Shown one piece after another: positions 28,572 through 37,423 of a DNA stretch of 64,000 nt. The notes beneath the pieces were generated by a model. It saw nothing but the letters and a program-made list of their open reading frames with translations. It did not search any database and was not told the origin of the DNA. Origin of the DNA: an uncultured Acidobacteriota bacterium (GTDB taxonomy: Bacteria; Acidobacteriota; Thermoanaerobaculia; Multivoradales; UBA5704); assembly GCA_963700145.1 (NCBI GenBank), contig OY969474.1, positions 992,001-1,056,000 on the forward strand. The letters run 5' to 3'. How positions within the stretch are numbered: position 1 is the stretch's first letter; every line of letters begins with the position of its first letter. The translations under genes and the position numbers were made by a program.

Positions 28572-29435
28572 ATGAAAATGCCCAGCCAGCTTTCCAACCG
28601 CAGCCGTCGCACGATGACTCTCGCGCTGGGGCTCGCCGTGGCGGTCGCCGTCCTGCCGCTCCTCGCGAGCCAGGCCGGTGCCGCCGCGGCCAGCCTGCGC
28701 GTCGTCCAGGAGCTCAAGGCGCCGGGTGTCGAGCCGGAGCTCTCGGGCATCTACCCGCACCCGACCGACGAGACGCTCTACTACGTCGTCGCCAACCAGC
28801 GTCCGGCCTACCGCCCCAGCCAGAAGGCGATGCTCCCGGCGCAGTACCGGGGCAAGCTGCTGACCGTCGACGGCCGCACCGGCGAGGTGGTGCAGACCCT
28901 GGCGCTCGCCGACGGCGACTACGGCGACCTCGCCTTCGGCGGCGGCCACCTCTTCGTCTCGAGCCTCGAGCCGGCCGAGATCCTCAAGGTCGACCTCGCG
29001 GCGGGGCGCATCGTGGCGCGCTTCCCGCTCGCCGGCCCGGCGGGCGGGCTCGAGTACGACCGCGACCGCAACCTCCTGGTGGCGCAGCTCTTCGTCGGCC
29101 ATCCGCACCTCGCGGTCATCGACCCGGCGACCGGCGCCACCGTCGACACGCTGTGGTCCGACGAGAGCGCGATGGGTCTCGCCAAGGTCGGCGGCGACCT
29201 GCTCTGCACCTGGGCCAGCGGCTTCGACGAGCACGCCAAGAGCGAGCTGCGCCTGCTCGACCCGGCGACCGGCAAGGTGATCGGCCGCACGCCACTCGCG
29301 GGCGGCGTCCACACCGCGATGGCGCCGGCGGGCAGCGACGCCTTCATGGTGCTGGTGGCGACCGACCGCGCCAACGGCACGGTGGCGGTGCGCAAGTACG
29401 CCTACGACGGCGCCCGGATGGCCTGGCAGCGGTGA
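28572..29435 (+). CDS. Secreted beta-propeller protein (YncE/glutaminyl cyclotransferase-like)
   Basis: AAGGAGG SD; signal peptide; repeated DxxTGxVV blade motifs. Confidence 0.75.
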   Translation: MKMPSQLSNRSRRTMTLALGLAVAVAVLPLLASQAGAAAASLRVVQELKAPGVEPELSGIYPHPTDETLYYVVANQRPAYRPSQKAMLPAQYRGKLLTVDGRTGEVVQTLALADGDYGDLAFGGGHLFVSSLEPAEILKVDLAAGRIVARFPLAGPAGGLEYDRDRNLLVAQLFVGHPHLAVIDPATGATVDTLWSDESAMGLAKVGGDLLCTWASGFDEHAKSELRLLDPATGKVIGRTPLAGGVHTAMAPAGSDAFMVLVATDRANGTVAVRKYAYDGARMAWQR

Positions 29436-29514
29436 GGAGCGGCGGCGTGCGGGCGCCCTCCGCCCGGCTGCGGGCGCCCGCGCGCTGCGGTGAGCTCGAC
29501 CGGAGGCGAAGCCC

Positions 29515-32500
29515 ATGACGGACGGCCGAGACAGCGGGGAGCGGGGACGCCGCCAGGCACTCCTGGCCGGCGCGCTCGCCGCCCTGCTGCTGGCGCCCGC
29601 CGTCCTGGCCGGACGGTGGACGGCGGAGGAGCGCTCGGACCTCTTCGCCGCCGTCGCCTTCGCGCCGACGCCCGGCCGTGTCGAGGCGAACCGCACGGCG
29701 CTGCTCGAGCGAGTGCGGCAGGCGGCGCGCGACGGCGCCCGCTACGTCGTCCTCCCCGAGCTCGCGACCACGGGACGCCTCGACCGCGTCGCCGATCCGG
29801 CGGCGCTGGCCGAGCCCGTGCCGGGCCCCACGACCGACGCCTTCGCGGCGGTGGCGGCGGAGCGCGGAATCTGGATCGCGCTCTCGCTCGCCGAGACCGC
29901 TCCCGCCGCCGCCGGCGAGGGCGCCTATTGGGTGTCGACCGTCCTTCTCGACCCCGCCGGCGAGGTCGCCGTCCTCCAGCGCAAGGTGATGCCGCGCTTC
30001 GACGGCGGCGACGGGCCGGCGCGGCGCGGCGATCCGCGCGCCGTCCTCGACAGCGTCGACGACCGCGGCCGCCGCATCGGCGTGCTGGCGGGCGACGACC
30101 TGCTGGCCGGCGTGCCGCAGCTCGCCGCGCGCGGTGCCGAGGCCATCCTGATCACCGCCGGCTGGACGGCCGGCGAGCCCGTGGCCTGGCGCGAGCGCTG
30201 TGCGCGTCTGGCCCGGGAGCACGCCGTCGACCTGGTCGTCGCCGACCGCCTCGAGGCGGGCGAGGAGCCCGGCTTCGCCGGCATCGTCTCGCGCCACGGC
30301 GAGGCGCTGGGCCCGACGGCCGCGGTCACGGCTCGCGGCGGCGGCGGGCGCATCGGGTCGGCGCTCGGCCTCCCGTCGGTGCCGGTGCCGGCTGCGTCCC
30401 CGGCCTCGCCCGAGCTGATCGAGCTCGGCCGCGCCCTGTTCTTCGACCGCGAACTGTCGCGCGACGGCACCGTCGCCTGCGCGAGCTGCCATCAGCCGGA
30501 GAAGGGTTTCTCGAACGGCGAGAGGAACGGCGCCGGCATCTACCGTCACCCGACGACGCGCAACGTGCCGACGCTGCTCAACGTCGGCTTCAAGGCGGCG
30601 CTCTTCTGGGACGGGTACGCCTCGACCCTCGAGAGCCAGGCCAAGTACCCGACGACGCACGCCTTCGAGATGGACTCGCCGTACCTCGACGAGCTGATCG
30701 GCTACGTGCGCGGGCAGGAGCGGTACCGCCGGGGGTTCGCCGCGGCGCTCGGCAGCGAGGAGATCGGCTTCGACGAGGTGGCGCTGGCGCTCGCGTCGTA
30801 CCAGCGGGCGCTCGTCTCGGCCAACTCGCCGTTCGACCGCCACCTCTACGGCGGCCAGCACGAGGCGCTCTCGGCGAGCGCGCGGCGCGGGCTCGAGCTC
30901 TTCGCCGGCAAGGCGGGGTGCGCCGGCTGCCACAAGGTCGGGCGCGACTACGCCCTGCTCACCGACAACCAGTTCCACAACACCGGCGTCGGCTACGACC
31001 CGGCGACCGGCCGCTTCGCCGACGGCGGGCTGGGCCTGCTCTCCGACGCCAGCCGCATCGGCCGCTTCATCACCCCGACGCTGCGCAACGTGGCCGAGAC
31101 GGCGCCCTACATGCACGACGGCAGCCTCGCCACCCTGGAGGAGGTCGTCGCCTTCTACGACCGCGGTGGCGCCGCCAACCCCGGCCTCGATCCGCGCCTG
31201 CGGCCGCTCGGCCTCACCGCCGGCGAGCGCGCCGACCTGGCCGCGCTGCTACGCGCCTTCTCCGGCGACCGGCGTTTCGACGCCGCAGGGCTGCCGGTCC
31301 CGGCGCCGCGCGCGGCGCCGCTGCCCGAGGGCGAGCTGGCGCGGCTCGCCGTCGTCCGCTTCGCCCCCGCCCCCGGGCGGCTGGCGGAGAACCGGGCCGC
31401 GCTCGCGGCGCGCGTGGCGCGCGCCGCCGGCCAGGGGGCGGCGTTCGTGGTCCTGCCGGAGCACGGCGAGACCGGCCCCCTCGGCGGCCGGCTCGCGGAG
31501 GCGGCGCTGCGCGCCCTCGCCGAGCGCCAGGAGCGCGAGTCGCTCCCGCTCTGGTCGGACCTCGCGCGGCGGCACGGCATCTGGCTGGCGGCGCCGCTGC
31601 TCGAGCACGACGCGGCGGCGGGCAGGCTCTACCAGTCGATCGCCCTCTTCGACCCTGACGGCGTCGAGGCGCTGCGCCAGCGCAAGCTCGCCCCGGACCG
31701 CCGGCGCGGGGACGCGCCCGCGGCCGGCGGCAGCGTCAAGAACGTCGCGGCCGCCTGGACGCCGCTCGGCTGGGTCGGGGTCCTCGCCGGCGACGACCTG
31801 CAGGAAGGGCTGCCGCGCCTGGCCGAGCTCGGGGCCGGCACGGTCCTCGTCTCCGCCTCCTGGGAGCGTGAGGACGCCGTCGACTGGGACGCGCTGGCGG
31901 TGGCGCTCGCCGAGCGCTTCCACGTCCACCTCGTGGTGAGCAACCTGATGGGGCGCGCCGCCGCGGCCGAGGGCGCCGACGACGCGGCCGCGCCGAACCT
32001 CTTCCTCGCCCTGGTCAGCGGCACCGGGGCGGTCTCGAAGCTCTCGCCGCCATCGGGCCTCGAGATCGCCACCGCGAGCCTCGGTCGCCGCCCGCACGCC
32101 GTCGCCCTGCGCGTGCCGGCCGGGCTGCCGCTCCTGCCGCTGCCGGCGCACCGGCCCCTGAGCGTGGAGGCGATCACGCTCGGCCGCAAGCTCTTCTTCG
32201 ATCGGCGCCTTTCCGGCGACGGCACGGTCGCCTGCGCGAGCTGCCACCGGCCGGAGGCCGCCTTCGCCGACGGCCGCCGGGTGGCCCGGGGGATCGCCGG
32301 CCGCGAGGGCCACCGCAACACGCCGTCGCTCCTCAACAGCGCTTACCGCCCGTGGCTGTTCTGGGAAGGGCGGACGGCGACGCTCGAGGAGCAGGTCGCG
32401 CACGCGCTCCAGGGGTGGGCGGAGATGAACGGCCGGCCCGAGGCGGCGCTCGCCGTCGTCAGCGCCGACCCCGAGTACCGCCGGCTCTTCCGGCGTGCGA

Positions 32501-33105
32501 CCGGCCGTGCCGAGATCGTCTTCGACGACCTGGCGGCGGCGCTCGCGGCGTACGAGCGGACGCTCCTCTCGGGCGACTCGCCCTTCGACCGCTGGTACTA
32601 CGGCGGCGACGCGACGGCGATCTCCGAGCGCGCCAAGCGCGGCTTCAAGGTCTTCGCCGGCGCCGCGCGCTGCGGCTCCTGCCACACGCTCGGCGAGCGC
32701 TCGGCGCTGTTCTCCGACCACCGGTTCCACAACACCGGGGTCGGCTACCACGTGCGCTTCGAGTACCTGGGCTACGGCGGCGACGGCCTGCCCGGCAACC
32801 TGGCGCGCGACAACCGCTTCCGCGGCGAGTACCTGACGCCGTCGCTGCGCGGCGTCGCGCAGACCGCGCCCTACATGCACGACGGCAGCCTGGCGACGCT
32901 GGCCGACGTCGTCGAGTTCTACGTCCGCGGCGGCGTGGCCAACCCGGATCTCGATCCGGCGATCCGGCCGATCGCGGGGCTCGGCGAGCGCGACAAGGCC
33001 GACCTCGTCGAGTTTCTCCATACGCTCAGCGGCGAGCCGCCGCCGGGCGAGCAGGAGCGCGTGCGGGCGCTGCGGCGCGCGGCGCTCCAGGGAGGCGGAC
33101 GATGA
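29515..33105 (+). CDS. Tandem [nitrilase-like + di-heme cytochrome c peroxidase/MauG-like] x2 fusion protein
   Basis: Two VVLPE..RK..GVLAGDD nitrilase-like units, each followed by LGRxLFFD..CASCH..CxxCH..TPxLR..APYMHDGS; signal peptide. Confidence 0.85.
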   Translation: MTDGRDSGERGRRQALLAGALAALLLAPAVLAGRWTAEERSDLFAAVAFAPTPGRVEANRTALLERVRQAARDGARYVVLPELATTGRLDRVADPAALAEPVPGPTTDAFAAVAAERGIWIALSLAETAPAAAGEGAYWVSTVLLDPAGEVAVLQRKVMPRFDGGDGPARRGDPRAVLDSVDDRGRRIGVLAGDDLLAGVPQLAARGAEAILITAGWTAGEPVAWRERCARLAREHAVDLVVADRLEAGEEPGFAGIVSRHGEALGPTAAVTARGGGGRIGSALGLPSVPVPAASPASPELIELGRALFFDRELSRDGTVACASCHQPEKGFSNGERNGAGIYRHPTTRNVPTLLNVGFKAALFWDGYASTLESQAKYPTTHAFEMDSPYLDELIGYVRGQERYRRGFAAALGSEEIGFDEVALALASYQRALVSANSPFDRHLYGGQHEALSASARRGLELFAGKAGCAGCHKVGRDYALLTDNQFHNTGVGYDPATGRFADGGLGLLSDASRIGRFITPTLRNVAETAPYMHDGSLATLEEVVAFYDRGGAANPGLDPRLRPLGLTAGERADLAALLRAFSGDRRFDAAGLPVPAPRAAPLPEGELARLAVVRFAPAPGRLAENRAALAARVARAAGQGAAFVVLPEHGETGPLGGRLAEAALRALAERQERESLPLWSDLARRHGIWLAAPLLEHDAAAGRLYQSIALFDPDGVEALRQRKLAPDRRRGDAPAAGGSVKNVAAAWTPLGWVGVLAGDDLQEGLPRLAELGAGTVLVSASWEREDAVDWDALAVALAERFHVHLVVSNLMGRAAAAEGADDAAAPNLFLALVSGTGAVSKLSPPSGLEIATASLGRRPHAVALRVPAGLPLLPLPAHRPLSVEAITLGRKLFFDRRLSGDGTVACASCHRPEAAFADGRRVARGIAGREGHRNTPSLLNSAYRPWLFWEGRTATLEEQVAHALQGWAEMNGRPEAALAVVSADPEYRRLFRRATGRAEIVFDDLAAALAAYERTLLSGDSPFDRWYYGGDATAISERAKRGFKVFAGAARCGSCHTLGERSALFSDHRFHNTGVGYHVRFEYLGYGGDGLPGNLARDNRFRGEYLTPSLRGVAQTAPYMHDGSLATLADVVEFYVRGGVANPDLDPAIRPIAGLGERDKADLVEFLHTLSGEPPPGEQERVRALRRAALQGGGR

Positions 33106-34190
33106 CTCTCGATCCGGCACCGGCGCGCCTCGCGGGCGGCCTGCTCCTCCTCAGTCTCCTCCTGGCAGCGCCGCTGGCGGCGCAGGAGCACCGGCATGAG
33201 GTCGCGCCGGCCGACGACGAGGCGCCCGGCCTCAGGGTGCGGCGCGTGCTGACGCCGCCGCCGGGGTTCAAGGGCACGGTGACCTACGACGCCGACTCCG
33301 GGCGGCTCTTCCTGGTCTCCCACGGCCCGCCGGCCAACACGCGCGGCCGCAGCAGGCTCTACGAGCTCGAGCCGGCGGGAGGGAAGGTCCTGCGGCAGGC
33401 GATCCTGCCGTTCGTGGGCGAGCTCCCGTCGCCGGTGCTGGTGGACGGCGTCCTGTACCAGGCGGTCCATCACGAGTCGAAGCTGTTCCGGATCGACGTC
33501 CGCCCGGGGCCGGACTTCGGGAAGGTGCTGGGCGAGCTCGCGCTGCCGACGCTCGTCGACCTCGACGTCTCCTCGCGGGACGACGTCTACCGCTTCCCCT
33601 TCGTGTCGTTCCGCGGCGTCAGCCGCACGCCCGAGGGGGAGCTGCTGCTGCACGCCCAGGAGCTGGGGGATCTCGTCACCGTCGACCGGACGACCGGCCG
33701 CTTCACCCGCCGCGTTCCGACGCTCAAGGGGCTGGCCGGCATCGCGGCGGTCCCCGGGCCGCGCGGCGAGCCCCTGGTCCTCGCCAACAGCGACCCCGCG
33801 CAGGCGGAGTTCGAGAGCGAGGTGCGGCGCTTCATGTTCCGCGCCGCGCACGACGGGCCGCCGGCGCCGCGCTACGGCGCCCGCGACGTGCTCTGGGTCC
33901 TCCTCGACGGCGGCAGCGGCGAGGTCCTCGCCTCGGCCGAGAGCCGCGACTCGCGCGCCGAAGCCGGCGCCATCGCGCTGCTGCGGCGCGAGGACGTGGC
34001 GGGGACGCCCTACGGCCGGTACGTCTTCCTCACCACCGGCCCCGAAGGGCTCCTCGAGATGGAGTGGACACCTGGCGGCGACGCCGACGTCGCCGCCATC
34101 AGGAGCTGGGCCGCTCCCCGGCGGCCGTCACCAGAAGCTCGAAAAACCTGGGTCTATGGGGACCCGAACAAAGGAGCGGAACCACGATGA
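33102..34190 (+). CDS. Secreted putative beta-propeller protein, paralog C3
   Basis: ATGA overlap; signal peptide; SGRLFLVSHGPPAN..LYELE..GTPYGR..MEWTPG. Confidence 0.78.
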   Translation: MTLDPAPARLAGGLLLLSLLLAAPLAAQEHRHEVAPADDEAPGLRVRRVLTPPPGFKGTVTYDADSGRLFLVSHGPPANTRGRSRLYELEPAGGKVLRQAILPFVGELPSPVLVDGVLYQAVHHESKLFRIDVRPGPDFGKVLGELALPTLVDLDVSSRDDVYRFPFVSFRGVSRTPEGELLLHAQELGDLVTVDRTTGRFTRRVPTLKGLAGIAAVPGPRGEPLVLANSDPAQAEFESEVRRFMFRAAHDGPPAPRYGARDVLWVLLDGGSGEVLASAESRDSRAEAGAIALLRREDVAGTPYGRYVFLTTGPEGLLEMEWTPGGDADVAAIRSWAAPRRPSPEARKTWVYGDPNKGAEPR

Positions 34191-35383
34191 GAAACCCAGT
34201 CGGAATCGCCACCAATGAGGTAGCCGTCCAGGAGTTCGCGACGGGGCACCGTTACGGCGACCCCACCACGCGTTTCAGCGAAGCCATCCAGCACGCGGCG
34301 CTGAGCTTGGAGGGGCGCACCGACGACGAGCTCAAGGCCGACGGGCTCAACCTCCCCGACCCAGTGCTGCGCGAGTACGCCCTCTACCAGCTCCTGGCGC
34401 GGCGCCGCGAGGCCGCGCTGCCGGTGATCGAGCAGGCGCTGCTCAACGACAGCGACACCGACCTGCGCGTCAACCTGCTGTGGGCGCTCGAGTGGCTGCA
34501 CAGCCCGCAGTGCCGCGAGATCGGCCTGGCGCTGATCAACGATCCCGACCACCGCGTCCAGGAGTGGGCGCGCGTGTTCGCCTGGGAGATGGGCTGGACC
34601 GACAAGGACTTCCGCCGCGCCCGCGAGTTCGCCTACTACCAGGGGAGGACCTTCGACCAGACGATCTTCCTCCACATCACCTGCAACCTCTACATCCGCC
34701 TCGGCCAGGGGACGGACATGTGGGGCCACGTGCTGCTCAGCCCGCAGATGCTGGCCCGCATCTACGGCCAGGCCAAGGCCTGCCCGATCGTCGAGACCCG
34801 CGACCGCGAGATCGTCATCTCGAAGACCCTCCAGGGCCTGCACGAGGACGGCAGCGAGCACTACGAGGCCTTCCTCTTCCGCGGCTTCACCGAGCAGTCG
34901 ACGTCGACGCAGGGCAACTTCTACTTCGAGACCCAGAGCGAGCGGCCGTTCTTCCTCTCCGGCAAGGCCAACGACGCATCCGAGGGCGTCGTCGAGCGGG
35001 TCACCGTCCCGTTCGCCCGCGAGGGGCAGTGGTTCCTCAACGAGAACATCGAGATCAAGGGCAAGAAGGCGATCGAGTACGTGCGCGGTCTGTTCCAGGG
35101 CTGGGCGTTCGTCAACCTCGAGCGGATCGAGCGCAACGGCGGCCAGTTCCTGTTCCCCGGCAACTCGGTGCTCTCGACGCTGCACCACCCGGTCGTCGGC
35201 GAGAAGACCAACACCTTCCTGAACGGCCGCTTCAAGGGCAAGGTCGTGGACTGGAACGGCGACGGTATCATCGACCTCAACTACCTGCCGGGCAACGCCA
35301 CGGCCAAGGGCGAGGTCGACTCCAACAACGACGGCATCCCCGACGTGCCGGGCATGACCGTCTCCTGGCAGCCGGCGGCCTGA
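34187..35383 (+). CDS. Cytoplasmic HEAT-repeat protein with an unknown C-domain and DxNxDG motifs
   Basis: AAGGAG SD; DPVLREYAL, DTDLRVNLLWAL, DPDHRVQEWA; DWNGDGIID and DSNNDGIPD. Confidence 0.8.
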   Translation: MRNPVGIATNEVAVQEFATGHRYGDPTTRFSEAIQHAALSLEGRTDDELKADGLNLPDPVLREYALYQLLARRREAALPVIEQALLNDSDTDLRVNLLWALEWLHSPQCREIGLALINDPDHRVQEWARVFAWEMGWTDKDFRRAREFAYYQGRTFDQTIFLHITCNLYIRLGQGTDMWGHVLLSPQMLARIYGQAKACPIVETRDREIVISKTLQGLHEDGSEHYEAFLFRGFTEQSTSTQGNFYFETQSERPFFLSGKANDASEGVVERVTVPFAREGQWFLNENIEIKGKKAIEYVRGLFQGWAFVNLERIERNGGQFLFPGNSVLSTLHHPVVGEKTNTFLNGRFKGKVVDWNGDGIIDLNYLPGNATAKGEVDSNNDGIPDVPGMTVSWQPAA

Positions 35384-35453
35384 GACGAGCCGGCCCGCAG
35401 GGTTTGCGCGGCGGGGTCGCGGGCCGTCCCGGCCCCGCCGGCGAGGAGCTGGC

Positions 35454-36206
35454 ATGTACGACGTGTTCCGGCAGCGCCAGGTGCCGGTGCCCCGCGAGGA
35501 GGTGTGGCGCGCCATCACCGATCCGGCGCGCCTCGGCCAGTGGTTCGCGGACGTCGATCGCCCCTTGGTGCCCGGCGAGAGCTTCCGTTTCAGCTTCGGC
35601 GACGGCGACTTCTTCGCCGGCACCCTGATCGATGCCGCCGTGCCCCGGCTCCTGCACCTGAACTGGAAGTTCATGGACCTCGGCCTCCTCTTCGAGGTGC
35701 GCTACATCCTGACTCCGCTCGACGGCGACTCAACCGAGGTGACGGTGCACGATCAGGGCTCGCTGTCGGTCGAGGAGGTGATGAGCCTGCGCCAGGGATG
35801 GGACGACTTCCTGATGCGCCTGGACCAGTACCTCCGCACCGGCAAGAACGTCCGCTACACCTGGAGCGAGTCGATCGGCATCGGCGCGCTGCTGCGCCAC
35901 ACCGGCGGCGCCCTGCCGGCCGAGCTCGACGACCCACAGTGGTGGCGCCGGCACTTCCCGAGCGCCCAGGTCAAGGTTGAGCGCCCGGCCGAGCGCCAGC
36001 TCCACCTCCAGTTCACCGAAGGCGACTGGGAGGGCGGCGGCACCGAGGCGCTGGTCGAGACCGCCTGCGTCGGCGGCGGCACTTACCTCGGGCTCACCCA
36101 TCGCGGCTGGCCCAACCTGCCGGCGCTGCGCCAGATCGTCGAGCGCCGGCGCTACGCCGGCCTCTGGCGCGGGGCGCTCAAGGCGCTCGAAGAGCGGTAT
36201 CACTGA
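35454..36206 (+). CDS. SRPBCC/START (AHSA1-like) di-domain protein
   Basis: VPREEVWRAITDPARLGQWF..TEVTVH..GWDDFLMRL, then a second degenerate unit ending LTHRGW..WRGALKAL. Confidence 0.8.
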   Translation: MYDVFRQRQVPVPREEVWRAITDPARLGQWFADVDRPLVPGESFRFSFGDGDFFAGTLIDAAVPRLLHLNWKFMDLGLLFEVRYILTPLDGDSTEVTVHDQGSLSVEEVMSLRQGWDDFLMRLDQYLRTGKNVRYTWSESIGIGALLRHTGGALPAELDDPQWWRRHFPSAQVKVERPAERQLHLQFTEGDWEGGGTEALVETACVGGGTYLGLTHRGWPNLPALRQIVERRRYAGLWRGALKALEERYH

Positions 36207-36223
36207 GCGCGGGGGCGGCCGGC

Positions 36224-37423
36224 GTGCGCGAACTCCTCGCCAATCGCGCGTTCAGGCGCCTCTGGGCGGCGGGCCTGCTGTCGGCGCTCGGCACGCAGGT
36301 CAGCCGCATCGGGCTCATCCTCTTCCTCTTCGAGCGTACCGACTCGGTGCCGGGGCTGGCGCTGCTCGTGGTGCTCGAGACGCTGCCGGGGGTGCTCGCC
36401 GCGCCCGCCGCCGGCGCCGTCATCGACCGCCTCGACCGGCGCGCGCTGATGATCGGCGCCGACCTCCTGCGCGCGCTCTTCCTACTCGCCGTCCTCGCGC
36501 ACCCGGCCGTCGAGACGATCTATCTGATGGCGGCGCTGGGCTCGGTCGCCACGGCGTTCTTCCAGCCGTCCGAGCGCGCGCTGCTGCCCGCCGTCGTCCC
36601 CGCGGCCGACCTGCCGCGCGCCAACGGCCTCGCCGAGAGCACGAGCAACCTGGTGCTGATCCTCGGCCCGCTCGCCGGCGCCGAGCTCTTCTTCAGCGTC
36701 GGCTTGGCGCCCACGCTGCTGCTCGACGCGGCCTCGTTCGTGCTGAGCGCGGTCTTGATCCTGGGCGTCGGCGCGGGCGCCGCGGCGCGGCCGGACGGGC
36801 GCGCGGAGCGGGCGTCGCCGCTCGCCGACCTGCGCGACGGCTGGCGCTACGTGCTGCACCACCGCCTGGTCCTGCACCTGGCGCTCCTTTTCTTCGTCAG
36901 CCTCCTCTGCGTCGGCCTCTGGCTGCCGCTCGCGCCGTTCTTCATCCGCGAGTTCCTGGGCGCCGGCGAGCGCCTGCTGGGAGTCCAGATCGCCGCCTTC
37001 GGCCTGGGTGGCGTGCTCGGCGGCCTCGCGGCGCCGCGGCTCGTCGCCCACCTCGGCCAGGGCGCGGCGCTCTCCCTCGGGTTCCTCGCCGAGGGGACCG
37101 TGATGACGCTCTACGCGCTGGTGCCGGACGCGCGCGCCTCGGTCGGCATCATCTTCGTCTGGGGCGTCGTGGTGTCGATCGTCGTCGTGCCCTTCTACTC
37201 GCTCCTCCAGAGCGTGGTCGACGAGGGCTTCCGCGGCCGCGTCTTCTCCTTCCTCAAGCAGAGCGAGAGCCTGGCCCTCCTCGGCGCGATGGGGCTCGCC
37301 GTCGCCCTCCAGCGGGTGCTCCCGAGCCACTGGATCTTCTGCGCCGCCGGCCTCGCCTACTGCGGCGTCGCCGCGCTCGCCGCGACCACCGCCGGCGGGC
37401 GCGTGCTGCGGGCCACGCGATGA
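36224..37423 (+). CDS. MFS transporter (DHA3/MefA-like), paralog 2
   Basis: FRRLWAAGL, GAVIDRLDRRALMIGADLLRA; colinear with 17706..19001. Confidence 0.9.
   Translation: MRELLANRAFRRLWAAGLLSALGTQVSRIGLILFLFERTDSVPGLALLVVLETLPGVLAAPAAGAVIDRLDRRALMIGADLLRALFLLAVLAHPAVETIYLMAALGSVATAFFQPSERALLPAVVPAADLPRANGLAESTSNLVLILGPLAGAELFFSVGLAPTLLLDAASFVLSAVLILGVGAGAAARPDGRAERASPLADLRDGWRYVLHHRLVLHLALLFFVSLLCVGLWLPLAPFFIREFLGAGERLLGVQIAAFGLGGVLGGLAAPRLVAHLGQGAALSLGFLAEGTVMTLYALVPDARASVGIIFVWGVVVSIVVVPFYSLLQSVVDEGFRGRVFSFLKQSESLALLGAMGLAVALQRVLPSHWIFCAAGLAYCGVAALAATTAGGRVLRATR

Noticed and set aside
34130-34170. Possible eighth regulon box (CAGAAGCTCGAAAAAC) upstream of the HEAT gene
   Set aside because: Too many mismatches and no -10-like hexamer at 20-21 nt.
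35381-35410. Weak hairpin CGCAGGGTTTGCG after the HEAT gene TGA (possible SECIS)
   Set aside because: The stem is short, the readthrough frame is not protein-like, and the next gene is in another frame.
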